From: an uncultured Nitrospiraceae bacterium
GTDB taxonomy: Bacteria; Nitrospirota; Thermodesulfovibrionia; UBA6902
Assembly: GCA_964393845.1 (NCBI GenBank)
Contig: CAYMUX010000001.1
Location: 17,556-81,555, forward strand
Direction: 5' to 3'
DNA: 64,000 nucleotides
Shown here piece after piece: positions 10,438 to 20,385 of the stretch. Below the pieces are notes generated by a model. It worked only from the letters and a program-made list of their open reading frames with translations, was not told where the DNA came from and ran no database searches. Position numbers and translations under genes: made by a program. Position 1 is the stretch's first letter; each line of letters starts with the position of its first letter.

Positions 10438-12108
10438 ATGAACTCGCAACTCCAGATAAACATAACCGGTGAAAAATTCAGCGCCCGTGAGATATCTATT
10501 CTGTTTTTTATCCTGCTCTCGGTGTTTGTATTAAGATTTCCTTCTTTTCTCCAGCCATGGGGGGGAGACCAGGCGGTATATGGATATATTGCAAAGGAGA
10601 TGCTGGACGGCAAAGTGCCGTACCGGGATATGTATTCGAGTACGGGTTATGGAGTGTTTTTTGCTTATGCCGTGCTGTTAAAAATCTTCGGCAATAATAT
10701 GCTGGCCCTTCATTTAGGTGATTTTATAGCGTCAATTTTGACCGTTATAATTGTTTATTATCTGACCAGGCTGTTATATGGAAAGGAGTGCGCAATTATC
10801 GCAGGGATTATCGCGGCTTTATTCGGAAGCGGCCGGGCCTTCAGCGGTCTCTATGAGATGAAGGGCGCATGGGGAACATACTGGCAGTTGGCCCAGAGAG
10901 AAGTCTTTATGACACCGCTTATTGCAGCCGGTATCCTTCTTTCCTTACTGGCTGACCGGAACAGAAAATGGCATCTCTATTTCTGGGCCGGAGTATCTAT
11001 TGGTTTGGCGGTTGTTTTGAAAATTACTGCCGTTATTATGTTGCCGATTCTCATCTTATATATTGTCATGAGTGAATTCTTCAGCCATGACGGAGGTGGT
11101 TTCAGGTCTTCTCTGTATAAAACAGCAGGCTTGATTTTCGGGGCATTAGTAATTCAACTTCCGTTTCTTTATTACTTCTGGATACATGACAGCCTCTATA
11201 TAATGTACAAGGCTGTCTTTGTTCATACTTCGGTATATGCCAAGCTTTCCAGGGGATTGATGCTGGTCAATGCATTTGAAGGCAATACTTACGTAATGAG
11301 CGAGAACTTGGTGATGTGGGTATTTTCACTGGGTGCAATGTTGCATTTGCTGGCGCATGAAAGGAAGAGGGAAACCTTCCTTGTTTTGGCCTGGACTGTA
11401 GGCATACTGATAATGATATGGGGACAGGGGAAATTTTTTGGTTATCACTTTCTTTTAATTCTCGGACCATTGTCTGTATTAACGGGATATGGCATAAAGC
11501 AGTTTCTGAAGATGGAATCCAGCTGGAAGGACTCAATTATTGCCGCTCGTAATAATATGATTGCTATTGTGCTATGGGTCTTTTTAGCCGGCAGCCTTGT
11601 GGTTTTTTTAGGCAGCAATTATGACTACTATCGCTGGAATATCCAATACCTTACAGGGAAGATAACCAGGGACCAATATTATGAGGTATTTAATGAATTT
11701 CCACTGCATCTGTATTCTTTTCGTTCCGATTATGATGTAGTAAATTATCTGAAAATGCATGCTCAGCCGGGCGATTCCCTCCGTACGATTAATTGCGGAG
11801 GAGATACGATCATTCACTATCTTTCCGGGCTTCGCTCGGCAACAAGATTTACATCTACCTGGTACCTGTTTAATAAGGGGTTATATAATAATACTCTTTC
11901 GGACCAGTTGAGGGACGAATTTATCGAAGGGATAAGTAAGGAAAAGCCGGGATATATCCTGCTGGTTTACTATAATATGGAAGAATTTATGAGAGAATAT
12001 AACAGAGATGATTATGGTGATGTTGCAAGATTGATGGATTACATTAAAGACAATTATGTGGTGGAAAAGGCATTCCGGGACAGGCGCACATTGTATAGAA
12101 GGATATGA
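10438..12108 (+). CDS. GT-C fold membrane glycosyltransferase, tandem paralog of the preceding gene
   Basis: Collinear similarity to 8744-10429 (PYRD loop, YWQLAQRE/FMTPLIA block, FFGYH block). Confidence 0.6.
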   Translation: MNSQLQINITGEKFSAREISILFFILLSVFVLRFPSFLQPWGGDQAVYGYIAKEMLDGKVPYRDMYSSTGYGVFFAYAVLLKIFGNNMLALHLGDFIASILTVIIVYYLTRLLYGKECAIIAGIIAALFGSGRAFSGLYEMKGAWGTYWQLAQREVFMTPLIAAGILLSLLADRNRKWHLYFWAGVSIGLAVVLKITAVIMLPILILYIVMSEFFSHDGGGFRSSLYKTAGLIFGALVIQLPFLYYFWIHDSLYIMYKAVFVHTSVYAKLSRGLMLVNAFEGNTYVMSENLVMWVFSLGAMLHLLAHERKRETFLVLAWTVGILIMIWGQGKFFGYHFLLILGPLSVLTGYGIKQFLKMESSWKDSIIAARNNMIAIVLWVFLAGSLVVFLGSNYDYYRWNIQYLTGKITRDQYYEVFNEFPLHLYSFRSDYDVVNYLKMHAQPGDSLRTINCGGDTIIHYLSGLRSATRFTSTWYLFNKGLYNNTLSDQLRDEFIEGISKEKPGYILLVYYNMEEFMREYNRDDYGDVARLMDYIKDNYVVEKAFRDRRTLYRRI

Positions 12109-12761
12109 AAACATTTACTGCGGAAGATATTGAATCAATAAAGAGAGAAATCATTAAAATTTATTCTCAGGACTTTGTCAGCAAGATGTATACGTTATTA
12201 AGATTAAAACTTGCCCCCATGATTCAGATGATAAAATACGTGCCTGAGAAAGGGGACATCCTTGATCTTGGCTGTGGAAACGGTATCGTTGCAAATATCC
12301 TTTCCTTAGGCGCTCCTGAAAGAAAGGTATATGGAGTTGATCTGTCTGCCGGCAGAATAGAGGCAGCGAGCAGGATTTCCAGGGGGAACCCGAATCTGGA
12401 ATTTGTGGCAGGAGATGTGAACACAGTCCTTTTTGAAAGGTTTGAGATCGTCACCCTCATTGACTTGCTGCATCATATGCCTTTTAAGGAACAGGAGGTC
12501 CTGTTGAATAAAATTTATCGCAAACAGGATGAAGGGGATTTATTAATAATAAAGGATCTTGAAAAATCGCCTTATTGGAAGTATATATTTCATTATATCC
12601 AGGATTCCATTTCTTACAGAGGAAGACTATATTTCAGGAGCGCCGAAGATATGGAAGAGCTGTTGAAGAATACTGGATATCAGGTTGAAACAGTATCGCT
12701 TGCAAGCGGCTATCCACATCCTCATGTACTGTATAGATGTAAAAAAGGTCAAAGTAATTAA
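12105..12761 (+). CDS. Class I SAM-dependent methyltransferase
   Basis: ILDLGCGNGIV motif I. VYGVDLS motif II. Confidence 0.7.
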   Translation: MKTFTAEDIESIKREIIKIYSQDFVSKMYTLLRLKLAPMIQMIKYVPEKGDILDLGCGNGIVANILSLGAPERKVYGVDLSAGRIEAASRISRGNPNLEFVAGDVNTVLFERFEIVTLIDLLHHMPFKEQEVLLNKIYRKQDEGDLLIIKDLEKSPYWKYIFHYIQDSISYRGRLYFRSAEDMEELLKNTGYQVETVSLASGYPHPHVLYRCKKGQSN

Positions 12762-12815
12762 GATATAAATGTTGCCGGGAAATACCGAAAAATATAAAAG
12801 AGCAGGCATAGGATC

Positions 12816-13760
12816 ATGAATAATAAATTAATATCTGTTGTAGTGCCGGTTTTTAATGAAAGCGTGGTTATTGAGGCATCTTATCAGCGCATAAAGAATG
12901 TAATGAACTCGCTTGATCCAATGTCTTATGAGATAATTTTTATAGATGACGGCAGTAAGGATGATTCATATCAAAAAATGGTGCAGTTGGCAGATTTAGA
13001 TTCTAATGTCAGAGTTATTAAATTTTCAAGAAATTTCGGCCATCAGATTGCGATTACAGCGGGCATTGATTATGCGAAGGGAGATGCAGTCATATTAATT
13101 GACGCCGACCTTCAGGACCCGCCTGAAGTTATAAAGGAATTCATTGAAAAATGGGAAGAGGGTTATGATGTTGTGTACGGGGTCCGTGAAAGAAGAGACG
13201 GTGAAGGCAAAATGAAGCTTATTACCGCAGCATTGTTTTACAGGATATTAAGGAAGATCATTAAAATAGAAGTCCCTGTGGACACCGGCGATTTCAGACT
13301 GATGAGCCGGCGTGTAGTCGACAGGTTTAAAGAATTTAAGGAAAAAGACAGATTTGTAAGAGGGTTGGTCAGCTGGGTAGGGTTTAAACAGACAGGAGTG
13401 CTTTATAAAAGAGACAGGCGATTAGCAGGTGAAACAAAATATCCATACAGTAAAATGATCAAGTTTGCCATTGACGGAATTACTTCTTTTTCAAGTGTTC
13501 CGCTGCGGTTGGCTACATGGCTTGGGTACTTTACATCTTTTCTGGCTTTTTTATATTTATTAAGTGTTTTTATTCAGAAGGTCCTCGGGTTCACCGTCCA
13601 AGGATGGGCCACGATTATGGTCGGCATGTTGTTTCTGGGGGGCGTTCAATTAATCTGCCTGGGAATAATAGGGGAATATATCGGACGAATCTTTAATGAG
13701 ACAAAACAGAGGCCCATGTATGTGATAGAGGAGATATATTCTGCCGGAGTGAAGGAATGA
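12816..13760 (+). CDS. GT2 polyprenyl-phosphate sugar synthase (GtrB/ArnC/DPM1-like)
   Basis: VVVPVFNE ... IFIDDGSKDDS ... ILIDADLQDPPE motifs. Two C-terminal TM helices with a GIIGEYIGRIF tail. Confidence 0.8.
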   Translation: MNNKLISVVVPVFNESVVIEASYQRIKNVMNSLDPMSYEIIFIDDGSKDDSYQKMVQLADLDSNVRVIKFSRNFGHQIAITAGIDYAKGDAVILIDADLQDPPEVIKEFIEKWEEGYDVVYGVRERRDGEGKMKLITAALFYRILRKIIKIEVPVDTGDFRLMSRRVVDRFKEFKEKDRFVRGLVSWVGFKQTGVLYKRDRRLAGETKYPYSKMIKFAIDGITSFSSVPLRLATWLGYFTSFLAFLYLLSVFIQKVLGFTVQGWATIMVGMLFLGGVQLICLGIIGEYIGRIFNETKQRPMYVIEEIYSAGVKE

Positions 13761-15133
13761 AAAAGAATCTGTTCATAACAGGCGCCACCGGATTCATAGG
13801 CACGAATCTCCTCACAAAAATTAATCCGGAAGAATACGAAAATATTTACTGTCTCGGCAGAAAAGAAAACGACCTGATAAAACGGCTGTCCGGAAATCAT
13901 AATTTTAAATTTATTAAAGCTGATATATCCGAGCCGGAAAAATATGCGCAGTATTTAAATTCATCCGACATAGTACTCCACCTCGCAGCATTGACAGGGA
14001 AGGCTGAACCGGAAGAATATTTCAGGGTCAATAGTGAAGGCACCAGGAGTTTGCTGGGACAGTGTTTGAAGAGCCGCGTGCAGCAATTTATATTTATCAG
14101 TACGATTGCGGCTGATTTTACAAACATAGAGGGATACCACTATGCAAAATCCAAGATTGAAGCTGAAAAAAACGTACAGAGGAGCGGTATCCCATATACA
14201 ATTTTGAGACCTGCAATTGTCATAGGCAGAGGCGCTTCGATTTTAGTCAGTTTATTGAAACTGGCAAAGGCCCCGATTGTGCCGGTATTTGGAGACGGTT
14301 CAGCAAAGATACAACCAATTTACATCGATGATTTAGTAGCGTGCATCCTGAGTATTATAGGAAACAAGGCCATTGAAAACCAGACCTTGACAATCGCCGG
14401 ACCGGAGCAGATCACTATGGAAGAGTTCATTAAGGTTTTACATGACAGTTCATATAAAAAGAAATTCCGGTTGATCCATCTGCCGGTCGGCCCGATTAAG
14501 AAAGCTTTATTATTATTAGAAAAGAAATTTTTGGCTTATCTGCCCTTTACAGCAGGTCAACTTGCCTCATTTACGAATGACGGCATTACAGACAGTAATC
14601 TCTGTGCCGGCTTGACAGGTTTGAAGTTAAAGAACGTCCATGAAATGATAAGGCTGTCTGCTTCACAAGACGGGCAAGCCGGTGAAACTTCCGTGGACCT
14701 GGAGCTTGAATGCAGCGCGTTCACCAATTATCTGATAAATATCAATCCGGACAAATATATTATAGAAAAATATATACAAGGGCATAAGATCAGCAGTATT
14801 AATAAGGAGACCGACTTTTTCAATGCCTTATTGATTAAGGCAGCCAATAGAAATTCATTTCTGCTTAAACTGGCGGACGCATATACAAGTATTTTTTACA
14901 AGAGCGCAGTCCTGAGAAAAAAGCTGCTGCTTTTGCTTGCTATCATGGAATGCTGTCCATCCACTTATCATCACATCGATACAGTAAATAAAGGGTCCGC
15001 AATATCTCTGTATATGAGAATGGGGCAAAAGGCATTCCTCTTTTTGATGAGTCTTCTTGCATCAATGATAGTGTTTTTACCATTCAGGTTTTATTCATCC
15101 TTAAGAAACGGATCGAGGCAGCAGATTGAATAA
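13757..15133 (+). CDS. NAD-dependent epimerase/dehydratase (extended SDR) with a C-terminal extension of about 180 aa
   Basis: ITGATGFIGTNL Rossmann motif. YxxxK (YHYAKSK). Extra C-terminal region with a hydrophobic end. Confidence 0.7.
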   Translation: MKKNLFITGATGFIGTNLLTKINPEEYENIYCLGRKENDLIKRLSGNHNFKFIKADISEPEKYAQYLNSSDIVLHLAALTGKAEPEEYFRVNSEGTRSLLGQCLKSRVQQFIFISTIAADFTNIEGYHYAKSKIEAEKNVQRSGIPYTILRPAIVIGRGASILVSLLKLAKAPIVPVFGDGSAKIQPIYIDDLVACILSIIGNKAIENQTLTIAGPEQITMEEFIKVLHDSSYKKKFRLIHLPVGPIKKALLLLEKKFLAYLPFTAGQLASFTNDGITDSNLCAGLTGLKLKNVHEMIRLSASQDGQAGETSVDLELECSAFTNYLININPDKYIIEKYIQGHKISSINKETDFFNALLIKAANRNSFLLKLADAYTSIFYKSAVLRKKLLLLLAIMECCPSTYHHIDTVNKGSAISLYMRMGQKAFLFLMSLLASMIVFLPFRFYSSLRNGSRQQIE

Positions 15134-16743
15134 TGGATAAGATATTAATTGTAGGCTGCGGCGCAAGCGCCGTCCATTTTGCCTTGACTGTCCTGCAAAA
15201 GGGATATGAAGTTACCATGCTTGATGTGGGATACGAGAGGCCTGAGGTGATGTATCCGGGGAAGAGCATTGATGAGCTTAAGGAATGTCTGAAAGACCCT
15301 GTTGACTACTTTCTGGGCGGAAACTTTGAGTCTTTTATCCCTCCGGACTACGGAGCCGAGTATTACGGCTTTCCGCCGAATAAGAGTTATGTCTTACAAA
15401 AACCTCAACAGTTCAGTTTCACTTCTTCGGGTTTTGCGCCACTTTTCTCTTTTGCCCAGGGTGGACTTGCAGAGGTCTGGACCGGTGGTATTTATCCTCT
15501 TAATGACAGCGAACTTTCCGATTTCCCTCTTTCCTTTGGAGAAATGCTCCCCTATTACAATAAGGTTGCAGATCGTGTCGGCATAAACGGGGTAGAGGAC
15601 GATATGAGCATGTTTTTCCCCTGGCATGAAAATCTGATGGAACCGCTTAATACAGATAAGCATTCCAGCCTTCTCCTGTCAAGCTATAATCAGAAAAAAG
15701 CTTGTTTAAATAACACGCTTGGTTTTTACATGGGCCGTTCCAGGGTTGCGACACTGAGCCGTGACAAAGGAGAAAGAAAGGCGTGTTCATACAGCGGACG
15801 CTGTTTATGGGGATGCCCGATCGGGGCTTTATATACTCCTTCACTTACCTTGCAGGAGTGTAAGAAATACGGCACATTCAAATATGTTTCCGGTATGTAT
15901 GTCAGACATTTCAACTACGATAAACAAAACAATATCACCTCTGTGACGGCAGAGTCCGTCAAAGATTCCACGTTCCATGAGTTCCCCGTAGATAAACTGG
16001 TGTTAGGGGCCGGCACTGCCTCTTCATCAAAGATATTCCTGGAATCCCTTTTCAGAAAGACAGGAGAGATTTTTAAACTTAAGGGCCTCATGGACAACCG
16101 TCAGATTCTGGTCCCGTTTCTCAATCTGAAAATGATAGGCAAAGACTGTGATCGTGAAAGCTACCAATATCATCAGGTGGCCTTCGGCATCAAAACGGAA
16201 AATCCAAAAGAGCATATTCACGGACAGGTCACGACCTTAAAATCAGCATTGATACATCCGATCATACAGAGCTTCCCATTGGATTTAAAGACCTCAATCT
16301 TTACCTTCAGCATTATTCATTCAGCGTTAGGAGTAATAAACCTGAACTTTCATGACGTCCGCAGGGATGAGAACTATATATCTTTGAGTATTGATAAGTA
16401 CCCGCATCGTCCTGAATTGTTTATAAATTACAGGCCGGTCTCAGGAGAAAAGGCCTTAATGGATAATGCGATGAAAATAGTGGGAAAGGCATTCCTGAAA
16501 TTAGGCTGTGTAGTTGCGACAAAAATGGCTCATATACGTCCGATGGGCGCAAGCGTTCATTACGCAGGCACAATACCCATGTCGGAGAAGAAAGACACAT
16601 TTACAACTTCAAGGCATTGTCAGAGCCATGATTTCAATAATCTCTATTTCGTTGATGGAACGACCTTTCCTTTTTTGCCGGCCAAACAGTTGACCTTTAC
16701 GATGATGGCAAATGCCGTCCGTGTAGCTGACAAAGCGTTTTGA
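15133..16743 (+). CDS. GMC-family FAD-dependent oxidoreductase
   Basis: IVGCGASAVHFA FAD-binding fingerprint. C-terminal GMC block FVDGTTFP ... ANAVRVADKA. Confidence 0.7.
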   Translation: MDKILIVGCGASAVHFALTVLQKGYEVTMLDVGYERPEVMYPGKSIDELKECLKDPVDYFLGGNFESFIPPDYGAEYYGFPPNKSYVLQKPQQFSFTSSGFAPLFSFAQGGLAEVWTGGIYPLNDSELSDFPLSFGEMLPYYNKVADRVGINGVEDDMSMFFPWHENLMEPLNTDKHSSLLLSSYNQKKACLNNTLGFYMGRSRVATLSRDKGERKACSYSGRCLWGCPIGALYTPSLTLQECKKYGTFKYVSGMYVRHFNYDKQNNITSVTAESVKDSTFHEFPVDKLVLGAGTASSSKIFLESLFRKTGEIFKLKGLMDNRQILVPFLNLKMIGKDCDRESYQYHQVAFGIKTENPKEHIHGQVTTLKSALIHPIIQSFPLDLKTSIFTFSIIHSALGVINLNFHDVRRDENYISLSIDKYPHRPELFINYRPVSGEKALMDNAMKIVGKAFLKLGCVVATKMAHIRPMGASVHYAGTIPMSEKKDTFTTSRHCQSHDFNNLYFVDGTTFPFLPAKQLTFTMMANAVRVADKAF

Positions 16744-16756
16744 TTAAAACGCTCTT

Positions 16757-18391
16757 TTGATAATGAATAAGACTGAAGATAATTTGTCATTAAATCCATA
16801 TTCTTTTCATTTGACGCGAGAAGTATGGGGATTAATACTTATAGTGGCATGTTATCTTCTGGCAGGTATGATCGCTTTAAAATTCCATGCAATCCTCTCA
16901 GATTATGAAAGGGATGCAACCGAAATGCTTTTTGATGCAAAGAGAATATTGGCCGGAGAGGGTTATAACAGTGATTTCTGGCCGTTTGGGTACATGGCAA
17001 TGATTGCTTTTACAAAGCTCATCACCGACATAGATTTTTTTACATCTGCAAAATTAATTGCACTTTTTTCCGGAGCCGGAGTCTTAATTCTTACATATTT
17101 AATCGGCAAACAAGTATTTTCGGAAAAGATTGCTGTTTTGGCGGTGTTGATATTGGCAAGTAATCACTTTTTCTTTTCACATTCCTTTTTAGTTGAAATG
17201 GATATGCCGTTTACGTTGCTATTATTATTATCAATATACTTTCTTATAAAAGGAAATGAATGGAGAAATTTCCTCTTGTGCGGGGCATTTGCGGGAATAT
17301 CCTATATGGTGAAATACGGGGCATATGCTCTTTTCCCGGTAGTAGCAGTAGTTGCATTAATTAATATTACAGATAAAGGGATTGTTGATTCTTTGAAAAA
17401 AGTGATGATTTTCTTTGCAGCATTCTTTATCTTTTCATCGCCGTGGCTTATAAATAATACAATAAAAAACGGCAGCCCTTTTTATAGTAAACACTATGTT
17501 AATATCGCATGGGGAATGAATAGACCCCAGCTGATGCCTGACAAATATTGGGTGGAATATTTCAGACTTAATGAAGAGTATTCCTCTATGAAGGATGTCG
17601 TCGCTGACACAAAAAAATTTGTGGGAAATTGGTTAGGCAATATCAGGGGGCTTCCTATAAATATTTTCAACATACTATCTATTACGGGTATTTTTCTGCC
17701 GCTTGCTTTTCTTATGGCTTTTAAAGCTTTGGACAGACGAAGGTTAATTTTAATTTTGCTGACTCTGAGCTATGTAAGCCTGGTAACGATGGCCTATACC
17801 TGGAACAGATATCTGATACCATTAATGCCGGTACTATGTATATTTATTGCATTTTGCATTCATGAAATTTTACCGGAGTCTTTCAGCTTGAAAAAAATAA
17901 TTGAAAGACTTTCTTTTAATATCCCTTTCAGGATAATTATTGTTGCGATGCTGATCTTGTTCTCTGTTATAAAGTCCTTTGGCGTGGTGACTGAATTTAT
18001 GCGGAAGGAGCATATATACGAATGGAAAGTTGCGGGAGAATGGCTAAAGCCTAAATTAAAAAATGACGACTGGATCATGGTGCCTAAACCACAGGCAGCC
18101 TGGTTTGCCGGAACAGATAAATTTGTTAAATATCCTGCTGATGATTCTTTACCGCTTGAAGATGTGGTTAAGAAGCGTGAGCAAAACACTTTTTTCTTTT
18201 GGCAGGAAACTTTGACTACTAAAATAATAACGGATGTTGATTACCTTATTTATGATGAACGGTGGTGGAAATGGTTTCTGCCGTCCCTCATGTCAGAAAA
18301 TGGGCCGATAGTACCGGAGAATTTTTTACCTATATTTTCCACAAAAGGTGCAAAGACTCACATAATTATTTATAAAATTATCCATGAGTAA
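16757..18391 (+). CDS. GT-C fold membrane glycosyltransferase (ArnT/PMT-like)
   Basis: Polytopic membrane protein with an early loop (DAKRILAGEGYNSDFWPFGY) like PMT_2/ArnT enzymes. About 11 TM helices plus C-terminal soluble domain. Confidence 0.55.
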   Translation: MIMNKTEDNLSLNPYSFHLTREVWGLILIVACYLLAGMIALKFHAILSDYERDATEMLFDAKRILAGEGYNSDFWPFGYMAMIAFTKLITDIDFFTSAKLIALFSGAGVLILTYLIGKQVFSEKIAVLAVLILASNHFFFSHSFLVEMDMPFTLLLLLSIYFLIKGNEWRNFLLCGAFAGISYMVKYGAYALFPVVAVVALINITDKGIVDSLKKVMIFFAAFFIFSSPWLINNTIKNGSPFYSKHYVNIAWGMNRPQLMPDKYWVEYFRLNEEYSSMKDVVADTKKFVGNWLGNIRGLPINIFNILSITGIFLPLAFLMAFKALDRRRLILILLTLSYVSLVTMAYTWNRYLIPLMPVLCIFIAFCIHEILPESFSLKKIIERLSFNIPFRIIIVAMLILFSVIKSFGVVTEFMRKEHIYEWKVAGEWLKPKLKNDDWIMVPKPQAAWFAGTDKFVKYPADDSLPLEDVVKKREQNTFFFWQETLTTKIITDVDYLIYDERWWKWFLPSLMSENGPIVPENFLPIFSTKGAKTHIIIYKIIHE

Positions 18392-18437
18392 AATTTGACT
18401 GCTGACATATAACAATAAACATTAAGGAAAAAATATA

Positions 18438-20381
18438 ATGGGAATCAGCGATTTAAGAGAAAGAAGAATAATATTCTTGCTGTCAGCAGGGGTAATTACC
18501 GGTTCAATAATCGGGCTTATTACATCTTTTTATTTCATCCTGTCAAATCGGTATATCCAATATGAAATGTATAGAATAGCGGCTTTTGTTTTTCGAGAAA
18601 ATATGAATTACAGTATTCTCTTTACTCTTGTCGGATTTGCGGGATTGTATATGCTCTGGTTTCTGCTCGTAGAAAAAATAAAATTTAATAAAATAAAAGT
18701 TGAATATTTCTATAAATTGGTAATCGTTATTTCCTTTATATGTATAGTCACTGATTTATTACTTAGGGTATTCGTAGATATTCCTTTACTATACGGGCTA
18801 AAAGATTTATTAAGAATATCGCATCGGTTTCTGCTGGGGCCAATGACGTTCCAGAAATTATTAGATACGGTAAACTCATTTCTTACAGGTTACATTATTT
18901 TAATTTGCATTGGCGCTATTGCCGTTCCCATTATATATCGCTTGCTCAAGAGGTTACCAACGGAAAAATTATCAAACTGTGCACAAAAGAAATATTTTGC
19001 GCATTCAGCTCTTGTTTTAGGTGCTTTTATATTAGTTTTAAACTTGAGTATTGTTATCGATAGAAGGATAAATACTCAGGATGGACCAAATGTTATTTTT
19101 ATTGTTGTTGACGCCCTGCGGGCGGATCATATCAGTAATTATGGATACGACAGATTAACCAGCCCGAATATTGATAGCCTGATCAACGATGGAATAGTGT
19201 TTGAAAATGCTATTAGCCAAGGCAACATGACAACGCTTTCAATGCCTTCCATGTTTACGGGACTATATACATCGGATCACGGAGCTCATATGTTGCGAAA
19301 AATAGAAACCAGATTTGCTCCTGTAAGTGATAGATTCACTACTATCGCAGAAGTTTTTAATAATGCCGGTTATATTACACAGGCGGTATCATGTCAGCCG
19401 TGGGTTTCTCCTGAAACTGGCTATGGCCAGGGATTTGACAGCTTTGAAATAGTCAGCGATTCAAGTGATAACTTATCTGATCAGATAACTGTTGAAAGAG
19501 CGCTTGAATGGATAAATAAGAAATCAGGTAAGAAATTTTTTCTTTTCCTTAATCTAATGGGTCCACATACACCATATAATCCGCCGCCGCCATATGATAC
19601 CCTGTATTTCTCAGAATATAAAAATAAATCAAAATTGATTTCGGATTTGAATAATTTCTATTTGCAGCAGAATCACGGAGAATATTACAAATTATTAATG
19701 GATACTAAAGGGGAGAATATATCCAAAGACGAGTTGAATCAATTAATGTCTTTATATGACGGGAAAATAACCTACACCGACTATCAAATCGGCCGTTTGA
19801 TTGATAAGTTGAAAGCGTTGAATATTTATGACAATACCATGATAGTTTTGACTGCGGACCATGGAGAGGCCTTCCTTGAGCATGGTATGTTTTTACACGG
19901 CAGAAGTCTTTATAATGAAGAACTTCATGTTCCGCTTATTATGACTTATCCGAATAAATTACCAAAGGGAAGGAAAGTAAAAGATATCGTGGAACTTGTT
20001 GATATATTACCTACAATCGCAAGTGTCACAGGCATCCCTGTATCCGGAATAAAAATGCGTGGAGTATCTTTATATCCTATGACTGATAATTCTGATCGTT
20101 TTGTTTATAGCGAAGGGAGCGGTCGCGTGAAATACAGGACTGATAAATGGAGCCTTATTTGTGACAGCAGCGATTGGATTTGTGAGCTCTATGATTTGGA
20201 AAATGACCGCAGCGAATTAAATAACATAATAGAAAGCAATCATAATATTGCTTCTGAGATGAAAAAAGGACTTTTTAAAGTAGTTGATAATAAAATGTAT
20301 CCTTCGGTCAGCACTGTCAAGGCCAGGATAATCCCCGAGGAAACAGAGAAGACTTTAAAATCATTGGGCTATTTGCGATAG
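18438..20381 (+). CDS. Membrane-anchored sulfatase-fold (alkaline phosphatase superfamily) transferase with LtaS/EptA/OpgB-like architecture and a C-terminal LKSLGYLR tail
   Basis: About 5 N-terminal TM helices. PNVIFIVVDALRADH metal-binding block. TSPNIDSL. TADHGEAF ... HG. Nucleophile region TTLSMPSM (no C/S-x-P-x-R). Confidence 0.75.
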   Translation: MGISDLRERRIIFLLSAGVITGSIIGLITSFYFILSNRYIQYEMYRIAAFVFRENMNYSILFTLVGFAGLYMLWFLLVEKIKFNKIKVEYFYKLVIVISFICIVTDLLLRVFVDIPLLYGLKDLLRISHRFLLGPMTFQKLLDTVNSFLTGYIILICIGAIAVPIIYRLLKRLPTEKLSNCAQKKYFAHSALVLGAFILVLNLSIVIDRRINTQDGPNVIFIVVDALRADHISNYGYDRLTSPNIDSLINDGIVFENAISQGNMTTLSMPSMFTGLYTSDHGAHMLRKIETRFAPVSDRFTTIAEVFNNAGYITQAVSCQPWVSPETGYGQGFDSFEIVSDSSDNLSDQITVERALEWINKKSGKKFFLFLNLMGPHTPYNPPPPYDTLYFSEYKNKSKLISDLNNFYLQQNHGEYYKLLMDTKGENISKDELNQLMSLYDGKITYTDYQIGRLIDKLKALNIYDNTMIVLTADHGEAFLEHGMFLHGRSLYNEELHVPLIMTYPNKLPKGRKVKDIVELVDILPTIASVTGIPVSGIKMRGVSLYPMTDNSDRFVYSEGSGRVKYRTDKWSLICDSSDWICELYDLENDRSELNNIIESNHNIASEMKKGLFKVVDNKMYPSVSTVKARIIPEETEKTLKSLGYLR

Positions 20382-20385
20382 GATA

